The notes below the pieces were generated by a model, which was not told where the DNA came from, made no database searches, and saw nothing but the letters and a program-made list of their open reading frames with translations. From assembly GCF_001194135.2 (NCBI RefSeq), contig NC_068993.1, positions 1,372,814 to 1,436,813 on the forward strand: DNA of 64,000 nt, read 5' to 3'. This document shows positions 1 to 13,200 of the stretch, one piece after another. The DNA is from Octopus bimaculoides. Lineage: Eukaryota. Positions within the stretch are counted from its first letter, which is position 1. The number at the start of each line of letters is the position of its first letter. A program made the position numbers and the translations under genes.

Positions 1-130
1 CTCTCTATAGCTGATTCTCTTGATACCCAGCTTTTTCTCTTGGCCCAAGCACCAAGTGGATACAGGTGCTATAGTGAACACTGCTTCTACACTAATTACA
101 GACGCACTCACCTGCCCTCACATTCCAGGC

Positions 131-354
131 ATTTAGCATTCAAGTTATTCTGTCAGAAGGAATGCAGATTTATTCACAGTGTTTTGAATTAATCCTGGAT
201 TATCTCATAGCTTTGAGATTTCAATGTCATGATTGTTTATTTTTAGGATGACGTTGTAGGGTAGGTGAGAGAGGCCAGATCTGGCCAGTGTTTGTATGTA
301 AAACGGTTAGAATATTTGGGCTGGATTTGGCCAGTTTCAATGCTAAAGGATTAA
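131..354. mobile_element. Non-autonomous DNA element (piggyBac-like MITE, TTAA-type end); related partial copies near 10545-10740 and 19825-20000
   Basis: The terminal TTTAGCATT...AATGCTAAAGGATTAA forms an inverted repeat, and the same internal sequence recurs three times in the window. Confidence 0.5.
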
Positions 355-624
355 ATAAGTTAACCATTTAATTGTTAATTTTAGAACATTTTTTTTATAT
401 TACCAAAATGCTTTAGTCCTATATTTATCCACCTTCTAACCCTAGTAAGATCAACATTAATTACTGTTCCAATAAACTAAGTACCAGTAAGATAATGGTG
501 CCGAACCATTCCTCCCAATCACGTTTCTTTGCAATTAAGAGTCATAAAATCGTTTGTCAATCAAGTCATTTGTCTTTTGATCCTATGTTGTTGTTGTTCT
601 TTCTTTTCAGAAACCAGTTCAAAG

Positions 625-1767
625 ATGGCTGATGAACAAACTAATACAAACAACACAGGCAACAGAACCACAGTATGGGTAATTATTCTGGGTTTTTATT
701 ATTATGTCCACCTTAACGAAGGCAGAGGTATTATTTTCAGTTGTGTTTGTGTGTTTGTCCATGGACTAGATATCTCAAAAACCACTGGATGGATTTGGAT
801 GAAACCTTCAGGGATGTATGGCCTCGTGACTGGCACAAACTGATTAGATTTTGGGATCAAACCGGTACTGGACAAGGATTTTCGACATTTACATTTAATG
901 AATATTTGTCCTCATCTTGTTTGTTGTTAACACAGCATTTCAGCTGATATATCCCCAAGCCTTTATCAAGTGTCTTGGGGAAATTTCGAACTGGAGTTCT
1001 CATTCTTAAGGTATTTTTCAATGTTATTATTATTATTCAGGTCACTGCCTGGAATCGAACTCAGAATCTTGGGGTTAGTAACCCACACTCTTAATTGCTA
1101 TGCCATATGTTGGCATGGTTAGATCAATGCATATTACTGAGACATTGGTTTTATAACCAGATGCCCTTCTGGTCTTTAATCCTTATCTGTCTATCAAGTA
1201 AGGGAATTCCCATTCTAATTACCTTAAAAAGCACAGAGCTACTGGAAAAAATCTATTCAGGATTATTATATAATTAATATGAGTGCGAGTAACTAAGTTG
1301 ACCTTAAGAATATATTTGCCCACTGCTGTGGGTGAATGATTCATCATTTTTGTGTGTGACAAGAGAATAATGTGTTTTATGAATCACGTGTGTATCACAA
1401 AATTATTGATTACTTTGTTTTATCAATCATACAAGTATGATTGTATGAAAAAAGTAAAGAAAGGCTAATAATCTTGACCAAGTGGCCAGGGTGGTAAATT
1501 ACTGGGGACAAGGCCACTTCTTTTAGTGCTGGTGCCCTGGTGAATTGCACTTGGTTCATTCAATAAAGTGATTGGCATCAGGAAGGGTGGCCAGCTGTAG
1601 AAACCATGTCCGCATTGGACGGTAGCAGTAATATCCATGATGTCTCCGATTAACAACCTCCCCACTGCTGCCGGCAGGAAAGGCAGGCATAACATGTTGA
1701 GGATGTCCATGGATTAATACCACTTATCCGTTGTATCCGGTTTATATATTTGCTCTATGTTATATGA

Positions 1768-1803
<36 letters not shown>

Positions 1804-4800
1804 TGTGCTGTTGTTGATATGGTAGAAAACAAACAAGTAGATAACTCTATTATCTTTTTGTTTTTTACTTGTACTCCCCCCCCCCGACACCTCTTCACTG
1901 TCTTCTTTCTGACCAATCCTTCATTAGTCTCTTGTCTTTCCTCCCACCTGTGGCTCTTATCTCTCTACTCACCCACTCCCCCCAACGTCAGCTGACCTCT
2001 TTTTTACCTCCTCTAACACTACTTACACCTACTCCTCCTCATCCTCCCTATACCACTTCCATTTCCCATTCATGGCTTTGTAGCCATGCTGTTAAAACCT
2101 CTCTTTCTTTCCCTCCTCTTCCCTTGTCCAAAATGTCATTCAACCAAAGAACTTTCTCTAATTTCTGATGGGTTTCCTAACTCAATTCTGCTAGTGAGAG
2201 GCAGGTGGCTGTAATTGTTTATATATTTCATATACTCATTTGTTTTACAGTCATTTTTCAATGTTGGCATGGGTTAGATCAATGCATATTACTGAGACAT
2301 TGGTTTTATAATCAGATTCTTGAGATGTAAAGCTATATTGAAAACCAGTGAGTACCTGCTAGAAGGACAATGTGTGATTATTAATTATATGTAATTAGTT
2401 AACATTTGTCTTACTAATTGTTAATATAACGATTGACTTGGTTGCTGACTGCCTTCTGAGGCATCCAGTCTGTTGATAAACATTTCTTCCTCCTGCTTCA
2501 TCTCCCTACAAAGGTGGCCTGTGTCCCCAATAGAATGCCACTGAGCCGTGTTTGTTCCAGCTGTGTTCAGTGTTCAAATCCTTCTGATGTCATCTTTGCC
2601 TTTCATTCTTATGGAAATCCATAACTACAAGAGTATGGAACTAGTGAAGAATTTTCTCTTTTTCCTGTGTCTCAAAATTTGTCGCATTGCAGGAGAGGGG
2701 TAAGGGAACACACAGCGTCCTTTTTCCAGAAATGGAGGAACTTTGAGCAAGAGGCTAGTATTAGCGTCTTCTTATAAATGGAAAAAAATTCATGTGGCTG
2801 CTGGAACTGTCCAAGAATAGACCAACGTGTGGTCAAGCATGGAACAGTAATAATAAATAATAGGGTATATTCCTCCCTGTAGTCTTGGAGTTGGGATGGC
2901 TTCCTTCTCTGGGTTCTAACCAAACAGGAATATAGATGGCTGTTGGGTGCAAGACTAGAATTGGAAAAGTATTAAATCATCATCATCATCTATGAAGTGT
3001 ATCCTTCTGTAAATTGGTTCCTGTTGTCTTGATTCTAAACACCATCTAAGAGAGGTAAATGTTTCTGATGAAATCTGGAAGGTCAGGTTCCTGTCATTTC
3101 TCAGAGACCAACAGATGAAGACTTGGTAAAAACCATCCAACTCAAGATAACAGGAAGAATTATCAAATTTTTGAAACATTAAATAAAAACTGAGGCAAAA
3201 AAAAAAAAAAAATTCATTTCCGTTCACATTTTGTTGTTTCCTTTGTATTGTTTTTAATATTTCTATTGATTTTTCTTTTCCAGAATTACATGATGGGGAA
3301 CAAGGTAGCTGCCAGTCTGTGGCTTACTCGTATAATGACTATTTCTTTTACTATTCTCTTCGTTTTACCAATATTTGGGTAAGTTCATTCTTCTGTTAAT
3401 TTCACCCTAATTAAGTCTAAGTTATCAGGATGCAGAAAAATAATTATTTGTTGGGCTTTATCTAAGATTATTTATTTTTTATGTGCCCTTTTAAAGCCTA
3501 GCCAGGCTCATGGGCCCGGTTTCTATGGCGTATGTGTTCCCCCCAGCTGGATGGGACGCTAGTCCATCACAGCTTTACTCAAGAAACAAGAAGAAAGGGT
3601 GAGAGAAAGTTGGGGCAAAAGAGTACAACAGGGGTCGTTTTATGAATACAGGCGCAAGTTCTAAGTTCAGTCCCACTACATGGTACCTTGGCCACCCGAC
3701 CAAAATCTTGTGAGTGGATTTGGTAGATGAAAATTCTTTATGGCAAGACTCCAGTATGACCACAATCTAATGACTGAAACAAGTAAAAGACATATATTTG
3801 AATTAGGTCTGTGGTTGTTGTTGTTGTTTGAGCATATTTTATGTCACAGAATTGTACAAACAAGGGAAAAAAGGAGTTATTTAATACATATTGTGGAGTT
3901 TTATACTATTTCTTATGAACTGAAAATGTTCTTAAGTTTCACAACCAACAAGTATTGTTGTATACAAGACCTGTTGGGTCAAGTAAAACCAAAATCGTAG
4001 CTGTGGCCAGTACCCCCTGACTGGCTCCTGTTCTGGAGACACGTAAAATGCATCACCCAAACTTGGTCATTGCCAGTGCCGCCTGACTGGCTTCTGTGAC
4101 AGTGGCACATAAAAAGCAATGTCTGAACGTGGTCGATGCCAGATCCACCTGACTGGCTCCAGTGCCAATGGTGCACAAAAGGCACTATCCGAACGTGATC
4201 GATGCTAGGGCCATCCGACAGGCTTCTATGTCGGTGGCACATAAAAAGCACCCACTACACTCTGAGTGGTAGGCATTAGGAAGGGCATCCAGCTGTAGAA
4301 ACATTATCAGATCATATTGGAGCCTGGTGCTGCCACTGGCTTTCCAGACCTCAGTCGAACCGTCCAACTCATGCCAGCATGGAAAACTGACAATAAACAA
4401 TGATGATGATGATGATGACATTACTGAAATGAAAAGAATCCTTGCCACTTTTTCTTCAACTAAGAAAGCAATATTACTTGAAGTGTCAAGAATTATTAAC
4501 GATAATTGTTTTAATGTGAATGCAATTCCAGTGTTGTTGTCGAAATGTGAGGTGACAGAGCAGTGTGGTTTGTGCATAAAGGTAACATTGAGTAGATTAT
4601 TAAAGCAGGGGCTAGAATATATGCTTCTGTGCCAGTTTGTGCATACGTGTGCCACTGTGTGGGTGCAGTTTTAGAATTTACTTTGGTTTAACCTTTTGGT
4701 AATTATTTGAAATCTATTTCTATTTCATCTTCAGAGGTAATTCCTATAGTTTTTACCAGAGAGCACTATTGAGTAATGCAGCCACCAGTGCATTGCGGCT

Positions 4801-7800
4801 TTATCAGCGGTTGCCCAATTTTCAGTTAAACAGACAATACTTTGGACAACTTATCATGGAAGATAGTTGCCATTATCTGCTGTATTCTTTGATATTTATC
4901 AACTCTTACCCAATCACAAGTAAGTTTCCTCTATTTTATTTGCTCTTTCACAAATTATACACTTGGTTATTCATTTAATTCTTTTGCTACCATATTTCCA
5001 TAAGTACTTGGTTATTCTTTAAGGTCCTGCAGAGTCCTTAGACAGCAAACTGGTAGAACCACTAGAGTGTCAGACCAAATGTTCTAGTCGTTTATGATCT
5101 GAGTTCAAATCCTGTAGAGGTCATCTTCACCTTTCCTCCAAGTTGATAAAACAAAGTACCTCTCCAGGCCGGTAGATAAACAGAATTGTTAGAGCATTGA
5201 ACCAAACACTTTCTTCTGTTTGTTGTGGTTCTTTCTATTCTATCTGCCTTGCTTTAATATGGACATGTTTGTTCACCTACCAACAAGTTGGAATCTTTCA
5301 AATATACTCAATGTAAGGAAACAGAAACTTGTCTTTTTTTGTATTTTCCCCCATGGGACAGAATCAGTGGAGCAACAGATGAAATGCTTTACTATTTTTT
5401 AACATTCAGTGTTCAAATTTCACCAAAGTTGACTTTTTGTTTTATATCTTCCTGAAGTCACTAGAAACAAGTACCAGTTGTATTACTGGGGGCGGCTGAA
5501 TGCATTCTGCTCTATCCCATGCACACATTCAAACACCCACAACCCTTTCCAATGTATTTTTATTTTGATTCTCATTCCTACCTGTGTCAGTAACAATATT
5601 ATTCTAATTATTAATACCTTTTTAATTTTTCTAGTGGTGTTAGCACCGTTATTTCTCTTTTCATTGCTTCATGCCTGTGACTATACCAAAAGCATACTTA
5701 ATGTGAGTACACTCTTTGATTACCTAGATCTTGAAAATGTTCGTTAAACAGTTTCTCTTTCTCGCCTCTCCCCACTCTTTCCCCCCTTCTCTCCCTCTCT
5801 CTTTTTCTCTCACATTATATTGTCTTATCTGCATTTTATATTTCTGTAGCTTTCAAGTTCAGATGTAGAATTAAATTATTTTGAAAATATTTTTTGAAGT
5901 CAGAAATGCTATGACTGTCTTAGAACTGGTAATTGAAAGTATTGGAAGAAACCAGTAGAAGACATTTTAAAAGTGGTTCCCTGTGGAATAATAATAATAA
6001 TTATGATATTGGTTTCAGATTTTGGCACAAGGCCAGCAAGGTTCAGGTGAGGGGCAAGTCAGTTACATCGACCCTGAATGGATGAAAGGCAAAGTCAACC
6101 TTAGTAAAATAATAATCCTTCTACAGTAAAAAAGAAGAAATAGTAAATGGGTTAACGAGTTGTTCTCATCACAACGAAGCTCTGATTTTTCTAGGATCCT
6201 ACTGCAACTGTGATAAAACTCTAATCCTAATTAATGCTGTGCATATCAAATAATCTTATTTCATAAATATTTATATTCTTTCTATTCAATGGAGATAATA
6301 TTCACAGTTTGGCTGACATTAACTTAACCTGTTCTCCTACTTGGTCTCTCTACCTGTAATCATTATTGCTGTACAAAATACTTTGCAGCATTTCATACAT
6401 GTCTATGTTCTGGGTTCAAATTTCACCAAGGTTGACTTTGCCTTTTGGGGTCGATAAAATAAGTATCATGTTGAGCACAGAGGTTGATGTAATCGACTAG
6501 CCCCTCCCCTTGAAACAATTTCAGGCCTTGTGCCTTTAGTAAAAAAGATTATTATTATTATGAAGGTGGAGAGCTGACAGAATTGTTAACACGTCAGGCG
6601 AACTGCTTAGCAGTATTTCGTCTGCCCTCTACATACTGAGTTCAAATTCCACCGAGGTCGACTTTGCTTTTCATTCTTTTGGAGTCGATTAAATAAGAAC
6701 CAGTAACACACTGGGGTCAATATAATCGACTTAATCCCTTCCTCCCCAAACTGCCCTTGTGGCAAAAATTTGAAATCATTATTATCATTATTTAATGTTC
6801 CATCTGCTGAATTGTTAGAGTTTTCACAGAACCACCTCACTGCGATTGTTTCAGCTGTGTGTTCCTCAGTTCAAATCCAACAGTGATCACTTTTGCCTTT
6901 TATGCCTCTGAGGTTGAAGTACCAGTCAAGTTCTGGGTTGACTTCTCCCTCTCCCAGAATGGTTATGGTGTCCTGTGAGATAGTTGTGGTTAGGCTAGTC
7001 ACCTATTCTCATCAAAAATCCCTGACTGAACCCATGGGTTGTTTAGCACAGAACAGTTTAAAAGTAAGCTGTTTATCATCACATTATGATGGTTGAATAT
7101 TGTAGAAGCGTCAGAGCAGTGGTAAAACTGTCTTGCATCATTTAGTTACAAGCCTTTATATTTTGAGTTCAAATCCCACTAAATGCTTTTTTTTTTCTTT
7201 CTTTTTCATTCTTACGCAGACATTAAATGATGTAACAGTAAAACAACAACTGTCACCTCAGATTTCTGGTCTTGTCCCGTATGTTAACAATCGTTGTTGT
7301 TGTTGTTCTCATTACAGATTTTAGGGAGCAATTCTCTGCAGTTTATGATGAATCTAATTGCAAGTCTTGAACTTCAACAGTCAAATATTCTCAGATTTAT
7401 TGCTTGTAATGAAATATTTCTCATGCCTGGCATTGTATTGATGATCTTTTCGTAAGTAAATCTTTGTAATTATTTCATATTTAATCCCACTGTTTATATA
7501 TTCTCTATATATCTCTCTCTCTCCCCACCAGAAATGTGCTGTCTTTGCAGTTATTACCATTAAACCCTCCAGTTCAGTCCAAACCCAACAGCCCTGTCAC
7601 CTATCACATGACTACTGACCCCTTGGCCTCTTTTTTATCACCAGTCCCTCATAAACTTCTCTAGGTTTTTTCCCCCGTTATCACTGAACAAGTTTCTTAA
7701 TGGCAGAGTGGGTAACATTCCAGACAACCTGCTGAGAGGTTGTTGGTTCATATCCTACCAGTGATATTGTGTTCTCTCTGTGGACAAGGTATTTACCTCT

Positions 7801-9389
7801 CGACAGCTGTTATCATTCTGTTTCTTCGAGACAGTTGTATTTGCTGATGTTTCTGGAATTCCTAGTATCTATGAAAAAGCATCTTGGCTGGCTCATGGTG
7901 CCACCATTGTTTAGGAAGCAGGTTTTAACCAAATTAAGAAATCTTGGAGTATCTGTCCCACAACCAAAATTACAAAACAAAATTACAGATCAGCTGGACC
8001 CCTCATCATCGTAACAGTTTGAAAATATATTCAGAGTGTTTGATTTTTATTTCATGCAGGGTTCTTGATTACTCTTAGGATGCTCATATCCTTCTTTACT
8101 TCCTTCCTTCTCATCCCTTGACTGTGTGGTCATTGGGGCATTCATTGATGTCGTAACTAGATTTTGCCCTTTTTAAAGTCTTCTGCTACCTCTGTGGAGT
8201 CAGTGACCCTGGCTGACATCCAATCCAGAATGTATCATGAGCAATTCAGATTGGTGGCCCCTATTTCTCTCCAAGCTGTTGGCCACAACCATATGTCTCT
8301 GCCTCAGCTGGTTGACTCCTTCGGAAACCTTACCCAGGATTTTTCACCTGCATACAACGTAACAGCTTATGTCTTGACTTCTTCGTTTCCATGACATCTC
8401 GTGTTATGAGTTAATAATAAGTCTCTGACAGGTTTACCAAATATCAGCTTTTTATGATTTTTCCAATTTATTTTCATTTCAGAGGAAAAGCTTCATTGCT
8501 TTTGCCATTTATTTACTACCGTTTCATAACCATGCGCTATTCTTCAAGGAGAAATCCATATTGCAGGTGAGTAACAAATTTGGGAGTTTTACAAGTGTTT
8601 GTTTTTTGTTTTTGTTTTTTTGTTTTTTTACATGTAAAAATAAAAATGTGGCCTTTAAATCTCTTTTAGAAACCATTTTGATGGTAGATTGGTAGAACTG
8701 GCAGAGAGCCTTGGACAAAATACCTTGTAGTAGTTACAATCTGAATTTAAATCCCACTGGAGTTGACTTTAACTGCCATCTTTCTACTATCAATAAAATG
8801 AGTACCTGTAATATGTTGGGGATTGATCTGAGTCTGTCACTTCCACTAAATTTATGGCTTTGTATCTGTTTAACCCTTTCGATACTAACCTGGGTGAAAA
8901 AATTTTTGGTTGTGACTCCTTCATGTATCACCTGGTTAACTATATGGATGACTAGGCAACAATTTACCCATTGCACACTGTATATATGTGTATGTACACA
9001 CACACACATATACGCTCATACAACAGGCTTCTTTCAGTCTCTGTCTTCCATTTCGGCTCTCAAGATTTTGGTTGACCCAAGGCTGAAGTAGAAATCAGTT
9101 GCCCAAGCTGCCATGCCATGAGAGAGGACCCAAGATCATTTGGTTAGGAAGCAAGCTTCTGAGACTTTTTTTTTTTTTTCTGTTTTGTTTTTGTGTGTCT
9201 GTCCTGTGGAGCAGAAATTCTTTTCATAACAGAATTTTCTGTATTTTCTTTTGCAGGACTTTGTTTCATGAAATGCGTATCACCGTGGAGACTTTGTGTT
9301 CGAAACCTCAGTGTCCCGTTTTCTTGAAGAACTTCTGTTATAGGGGAATTGCCTTAATCTCTCGACTCGCTCCACAGACCAATTCTTAG
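625..9389 (+). CDS. TMEM33: Transmembrane protein 33 (Pom33/UPF0121 family, ER/nuclear envelope), 250 aa, 7 coding exons
   Basis: GT-AG exons 625-678, 3284-3378, 4735-4919, 5635-5702, 7318-7451, 8483-8566 and 9257-9389 join in consistent phase (753 nt). Peptides NYMMGNKVAASLWLTR, FYQRALLSNAATSALRLYQRLP, MEDSCHYLLYSLIF, FIACNEIFLMP and YYRFITMRYSSRRNPYCRTLF match TMEM33 as I recall it. An acceptor at 609-610 implies a non-coding first exon further upstream. Confidence 0.95.
697..880 (+). mobile_element. Dispersed non-autonomous element resembling Helentron-associated (HINE-like) repeats
   Basis: A subterminal hairpin-like start (CCACCTTAACGAAGGCAGAGG), a GTTT microsatellite and a GGATGAAACCTTCAGGGATG segment are typical of such elements as I recall them. 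Confidence 0.35.
886..1109 (-). mobile_element. tRNA-derived SINE with a Penelope-type, degenerate hammerhead-like 3' tail
   Basis: On - there is an A-box-like TGGCATAGCAATTAAG and a B-box GAGTTCGATTCC, then (AAT)n, then GACAC-TTGATAA-AGGCTT...CAGCT-GAAA-TGCT-GTGTT, a decayed hammerhead scaffold. The tail sequence is shared with the fold-back at 53289. Confidence 0.6.
4003..4420 (+). mobile_element. SINE-like retroposon ending in (GAT)n, with an internal ~60-bp tandem array
   Basis: About four diverged ~60-bp units (CTGACTGGCT...GGCAC...AAAAGCA) precede the family body AGGAAGGGCATCCAGCTGTAGAAAC...CATGCCAGCATGGAAAA and the GAT tail. Related copies lie near 14440, 29890, 37555, 39020, 40060, 42430, 50860, 55695, 60470 and 61080. 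Confidence 0.75.
6010..6790. mobile_element. Cluster of tRNA-derived SINE copies (GAGTTCAAATTCC...GGTCGACTTTG family)
   Basis: Recurrent B-box GAGTTCAAAT(T/C)CC followed by GTCGACTTTGCCTTT and a CCTTGTG..AAAATTTGAAA..ATTATTATT tail. Many other copies occur across the window. Confidence 0.75.
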
Positions 9390-12300
9390 CTCCAGTTATT
9401 GCTACCTGAACTATTTTATTAATACTCTAAACAATATACTACAAATTAATTGTTGTGTTAACGAGGTGGGGATGGGTGGGGGAGCTGACAAAGATAACAA
9501 CTATTTTGTCTTCAATAAATCTACTGCATATAGGTATTTATTTTAGTCCTGATAAGAAGCATTTCTTCAAAGTTTTCCATTTGACATAACAGCTGGAATT
9601 TAACAAGAAAAACAAAGCAGTTTCTCCCAATTCAATCAATAACAAACTATTGGGGGGTTTTCTTTTTTGTTTTTGTTTTTTTCATAGCTTTCCTAATTTT
9701 TTATTTTTTGAAAGATTTCTACTGACTCTTAATCTTTCCATTGCTGTCATATATTTACTCACCAAAATTCACTAATAATAATAATAATAACAACTAATAA
9801 TACTATTCTATTGAGAAACATATTTTCATTTCTCTTTTATTTATTTTATTTATTTTTATTAAAATGAAGAACCACCCTATCATGTGTAAAAAAAAAAAAT
9901 AAAAATAAAAATTTGACAATGGATATCATCAAGTCTAAATTTGAAGACTAAAAGTAATTTTGGCAAACTATTTATCACGATATTTTTCTGCTTTTCAATG
10001 AATATTGTCATAAATATGCTAAGTGTTTTGTTTGTCTTTTTTTTTATAACATCCATTGATTTTATTTAAGAAATGGAAATAAAAGATCACATTTCCAACA
10101 TGAAAATCTCAGTCACATTGGTTCCAGTTGAGTTTCATCCCTGTTATAGAAACAAAATTGTAACATCTGCTTCCTCATAATTGTGTGAGACAAAATTCTT
10201 TGAAGCAAATTTTCTATGGTGCCACATGTTTCCTTCGCACATAGCACACTGGCCATTCTCACGCAAGATTATAAATATCACCGCTTGTACAACACTGATG
10301 CTCGTTTACAGCTGTTCTGCAACATCAAGACACATTCATGCATGCATTAAACGCATTTATACATACATCTTGCAAATGTGCAAAAGGTTTCTGCACTATT
10401 TCCATCTACCAAATTCACTCTGAACACTTTGGTTGACCCAGGGCTGTAGTAGCCAAAACTTGGAACTGAACCCACAACTGTGAGGTTGGGAAGTTAACTT
10501 CTTCACTACACAAGATTGCTCCTACATCTACAATGTTATAATTTAGCCCTTTAACATTCGGACTATTCTGTCAAATGTAATCCTTATTTATTCACATTGT
10601 TTTGAATCAGTTATGGATTGTCTGAGATTTTCAAGATTTCAATGATGTGATAGTTTACTTTTAGAATGACATTGTTGGGTAGGTGTAAGAAGCCAGACCT
10701 GGCTCGTTTGAAAATAAAATAGAATATTTCGGCCAGATTCCTTCCTTGCAGCATCATTCACGGAATGAAACGGTGTCAACAATGCAAGGGAAATAACTCT
10801 AACTAGGCTAGAACTGAAGGTGGTTTCTTAGTGAAAGGNNNNNNNNNNNNNNNNNNNNNNNNNNNNNNNNNNNNNNNNNNNNNNNNNNNNNNNNNNNNNN
10901 NNNNNNNNNNNNNNNNNNNNNNNNNNNNNNNNNNNNNNNNNNNNNNNNNNNNNNNNNNNNNNNNNNNNNNNNNNNNNNNNNNNNNNNNNNNNNNNNNNNN
11001 NNNNNNNNNNNNNNNNNNNNNNNNNNNNNNNNNNNNNNNNNNNNNNNNNNNTATGTACACGTACACACACACATATATATATGTATACATACAGGATGAG
11101 CTTCTTTCAGTTTCCATCTACCAAATCCACATACAAGGCTTTGATCATCCTGAGGTTATAGTAGACAACATCCAAGGTGTCATGCAGTGGGACTGAACCC
11201 AGAACCATGTGGTTGAGAAGCAAGCTTTATACCACACAGCCACGCCTGTATCTTGGGTTTTTTTTTGGTTTTTTTTGACACAATATATCAAGGACTACAT
11301 TATCCAAAGTTTGCTTCTTGGATTAATTTGATGGAATTTCTATTTCCAGCAGATTAGGTGACCTCAAAGTGTCCTTGAAAGGTAGCTTGCCCAATGGTAA
11401 TATCTTCTGTAATTATTTAAATAAGGTTGCTTCATGTGCTACAAATGGCAGCCAACTATTCCTCATCATCTTAAAGAACGAAGGTCACCATGAACTTTGT
11501 ACACCTGATTATTCAAGAAATCAACAGGATGGTCATGGTAGTATTTTTAGTAACAACACCAAATGCTATTTTATTAAACCTTCCAAAGACTTCATTTGAA
11601 CAAAGTCCAGTTACTTTAGTTTAAAATGGAGAGAGATTCTGAGTGGCCATTTGTCCAAATTAATGCAGAAAGGAGGTGCTTTATTTGAGAGCAGTTCCTC
11701 TGTTGGCAACAAATCAGAAGCTAATGTAAGGAGTACTTTTGATGTGATCCAGAGATAATGGAATCAGGTTTGTAATGTCGAGCTGCATGGAAGAGACAGG
11801 AACTGACTATTGAAAGTATCAACTGAGGTGCTGCAGACTTAATATGGTTACCACATGTGACAAAAGAAGAAGAATAATGGGGTAGGGTGAAGTGCTGTGT
11901 TCCAACTAGAAGGTATCTGTAGCAGAAGAAAGGATCGGGTAAAAGAATGAGGTCACTAAGCATGTTTAGGGTTTACTTAATAAAATAATTAGTGAAGCTG
12001 GAAATTCTTGTATTACCAACAAGTCTAAACTTTTGAAATGTAATATTGGAATAGTGTAAGAAATTACTCCAGGCTCGCATTAGGCAAGAAGTTGAAAATT
12101 TTTTTTTGGCCCGTGACACTGCATGGAACCGAAGTAAGGCAGGTATAAAATTAGAATGGAATCGGTTGGTAGTTCTTGAGTGTTAGTGATGCACACATTC
12201 TCAGTTTATATATATATATATATATATGTTTGTATATATATTGTTTATGTATAGATTGAAGAGGAGGAATCCATAGATAAATGTTTGCATTGATAGAATT

Positions 12301-12739
12301 TTTATGGTGTTGGGTGCCTTGCAGTATTTAGTTATGGTTGTCTATTTTCTGAGTTCAAATCTTACTGAGTCCACCATTTTATCAAGTTCAGCAGGAGCTT
12401 GATTAAATAAATAAATAAAACCCACACAATTACTAGGCTTCATATAATCAACTGTCCTGCTCCCATAATTTCCTGGCCCCTCATTTAGTAAAAGGGAGCT
12501 TCATGTTTAATTGAATTGACTCTAATATTCCACTGGTACATGTATTATTGACACATGTGTGATGGTTGTCTTATGCAGGATTTGAAATCAAGATATAAAG
12601 AGAGAAAAGTGATTTGTGTAAAAGCAATTCAAGTTTCAAGACACATCAAACAATACAAAGTGGAAAGAAAAGAAAATACAAAACTGAGAACAGCAAATTA
12701 TGATTGTAAAGAACTGTAGAGACTCTGAGGTAGAAACCT

Positions 12740-13200
12740 AAAGAAAGTGATCATTGTTATGTCACAGTAGTCACATGGAGAAACTAACAATCGTTGTGTG
12801 TACAGAGAATTGTTGAGGCTCAGCATTTGCAGCATTGAGTAATTGGTGGTTGTTGTATCCACAGGAAACTTATGAGACGCTACAGCAGTAAGAAGGAGAA
12901 ACTAATAGTTGATGTGTTGGTAGAGAATTATAAGCTTTTAACATAGAATAACTGATGGTTGTTGAGTCCATAAAGAGCGGTAAACATACAGCAATAGTAA
13001 TATAGAGAAACTAATATTGTGTTCACAGCAATATCATAGAAAGACTGGAGGATTGACATAAACACTGACAATTGTTTTCCTAGAAATCCTGTGGTGTTTA
13101 TGTCAGTGAGCTCACCCAGTTGTGTTTGTTGAGATTATGTTGTGACAAGATAGACATTGTTAGTTGCTATCTCTGTATTTAATTGCTGTAGCATCTCAGA
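12740..13200. repeat. Degenerate ~110-120-bp tandem repeat plus an inverted copy and a 12-bp hairpin
   Basis: GAGAAACTAA recurs near 12777, 12896 and 13006. TGACATAAACAC (13054-13065) pairs with GTGTTTATGTCA (13094-13105), and an inverted unit ends near 13200. Confidence 0.5.

Noticed and set aside
4003-4245. Regularly spaced repeats reminiscent of a CRISPR array
   Set aside because: They are contiguous diverged tandem units without unique spacers, inside a eukaryotic SINE, and there are no cas genes.
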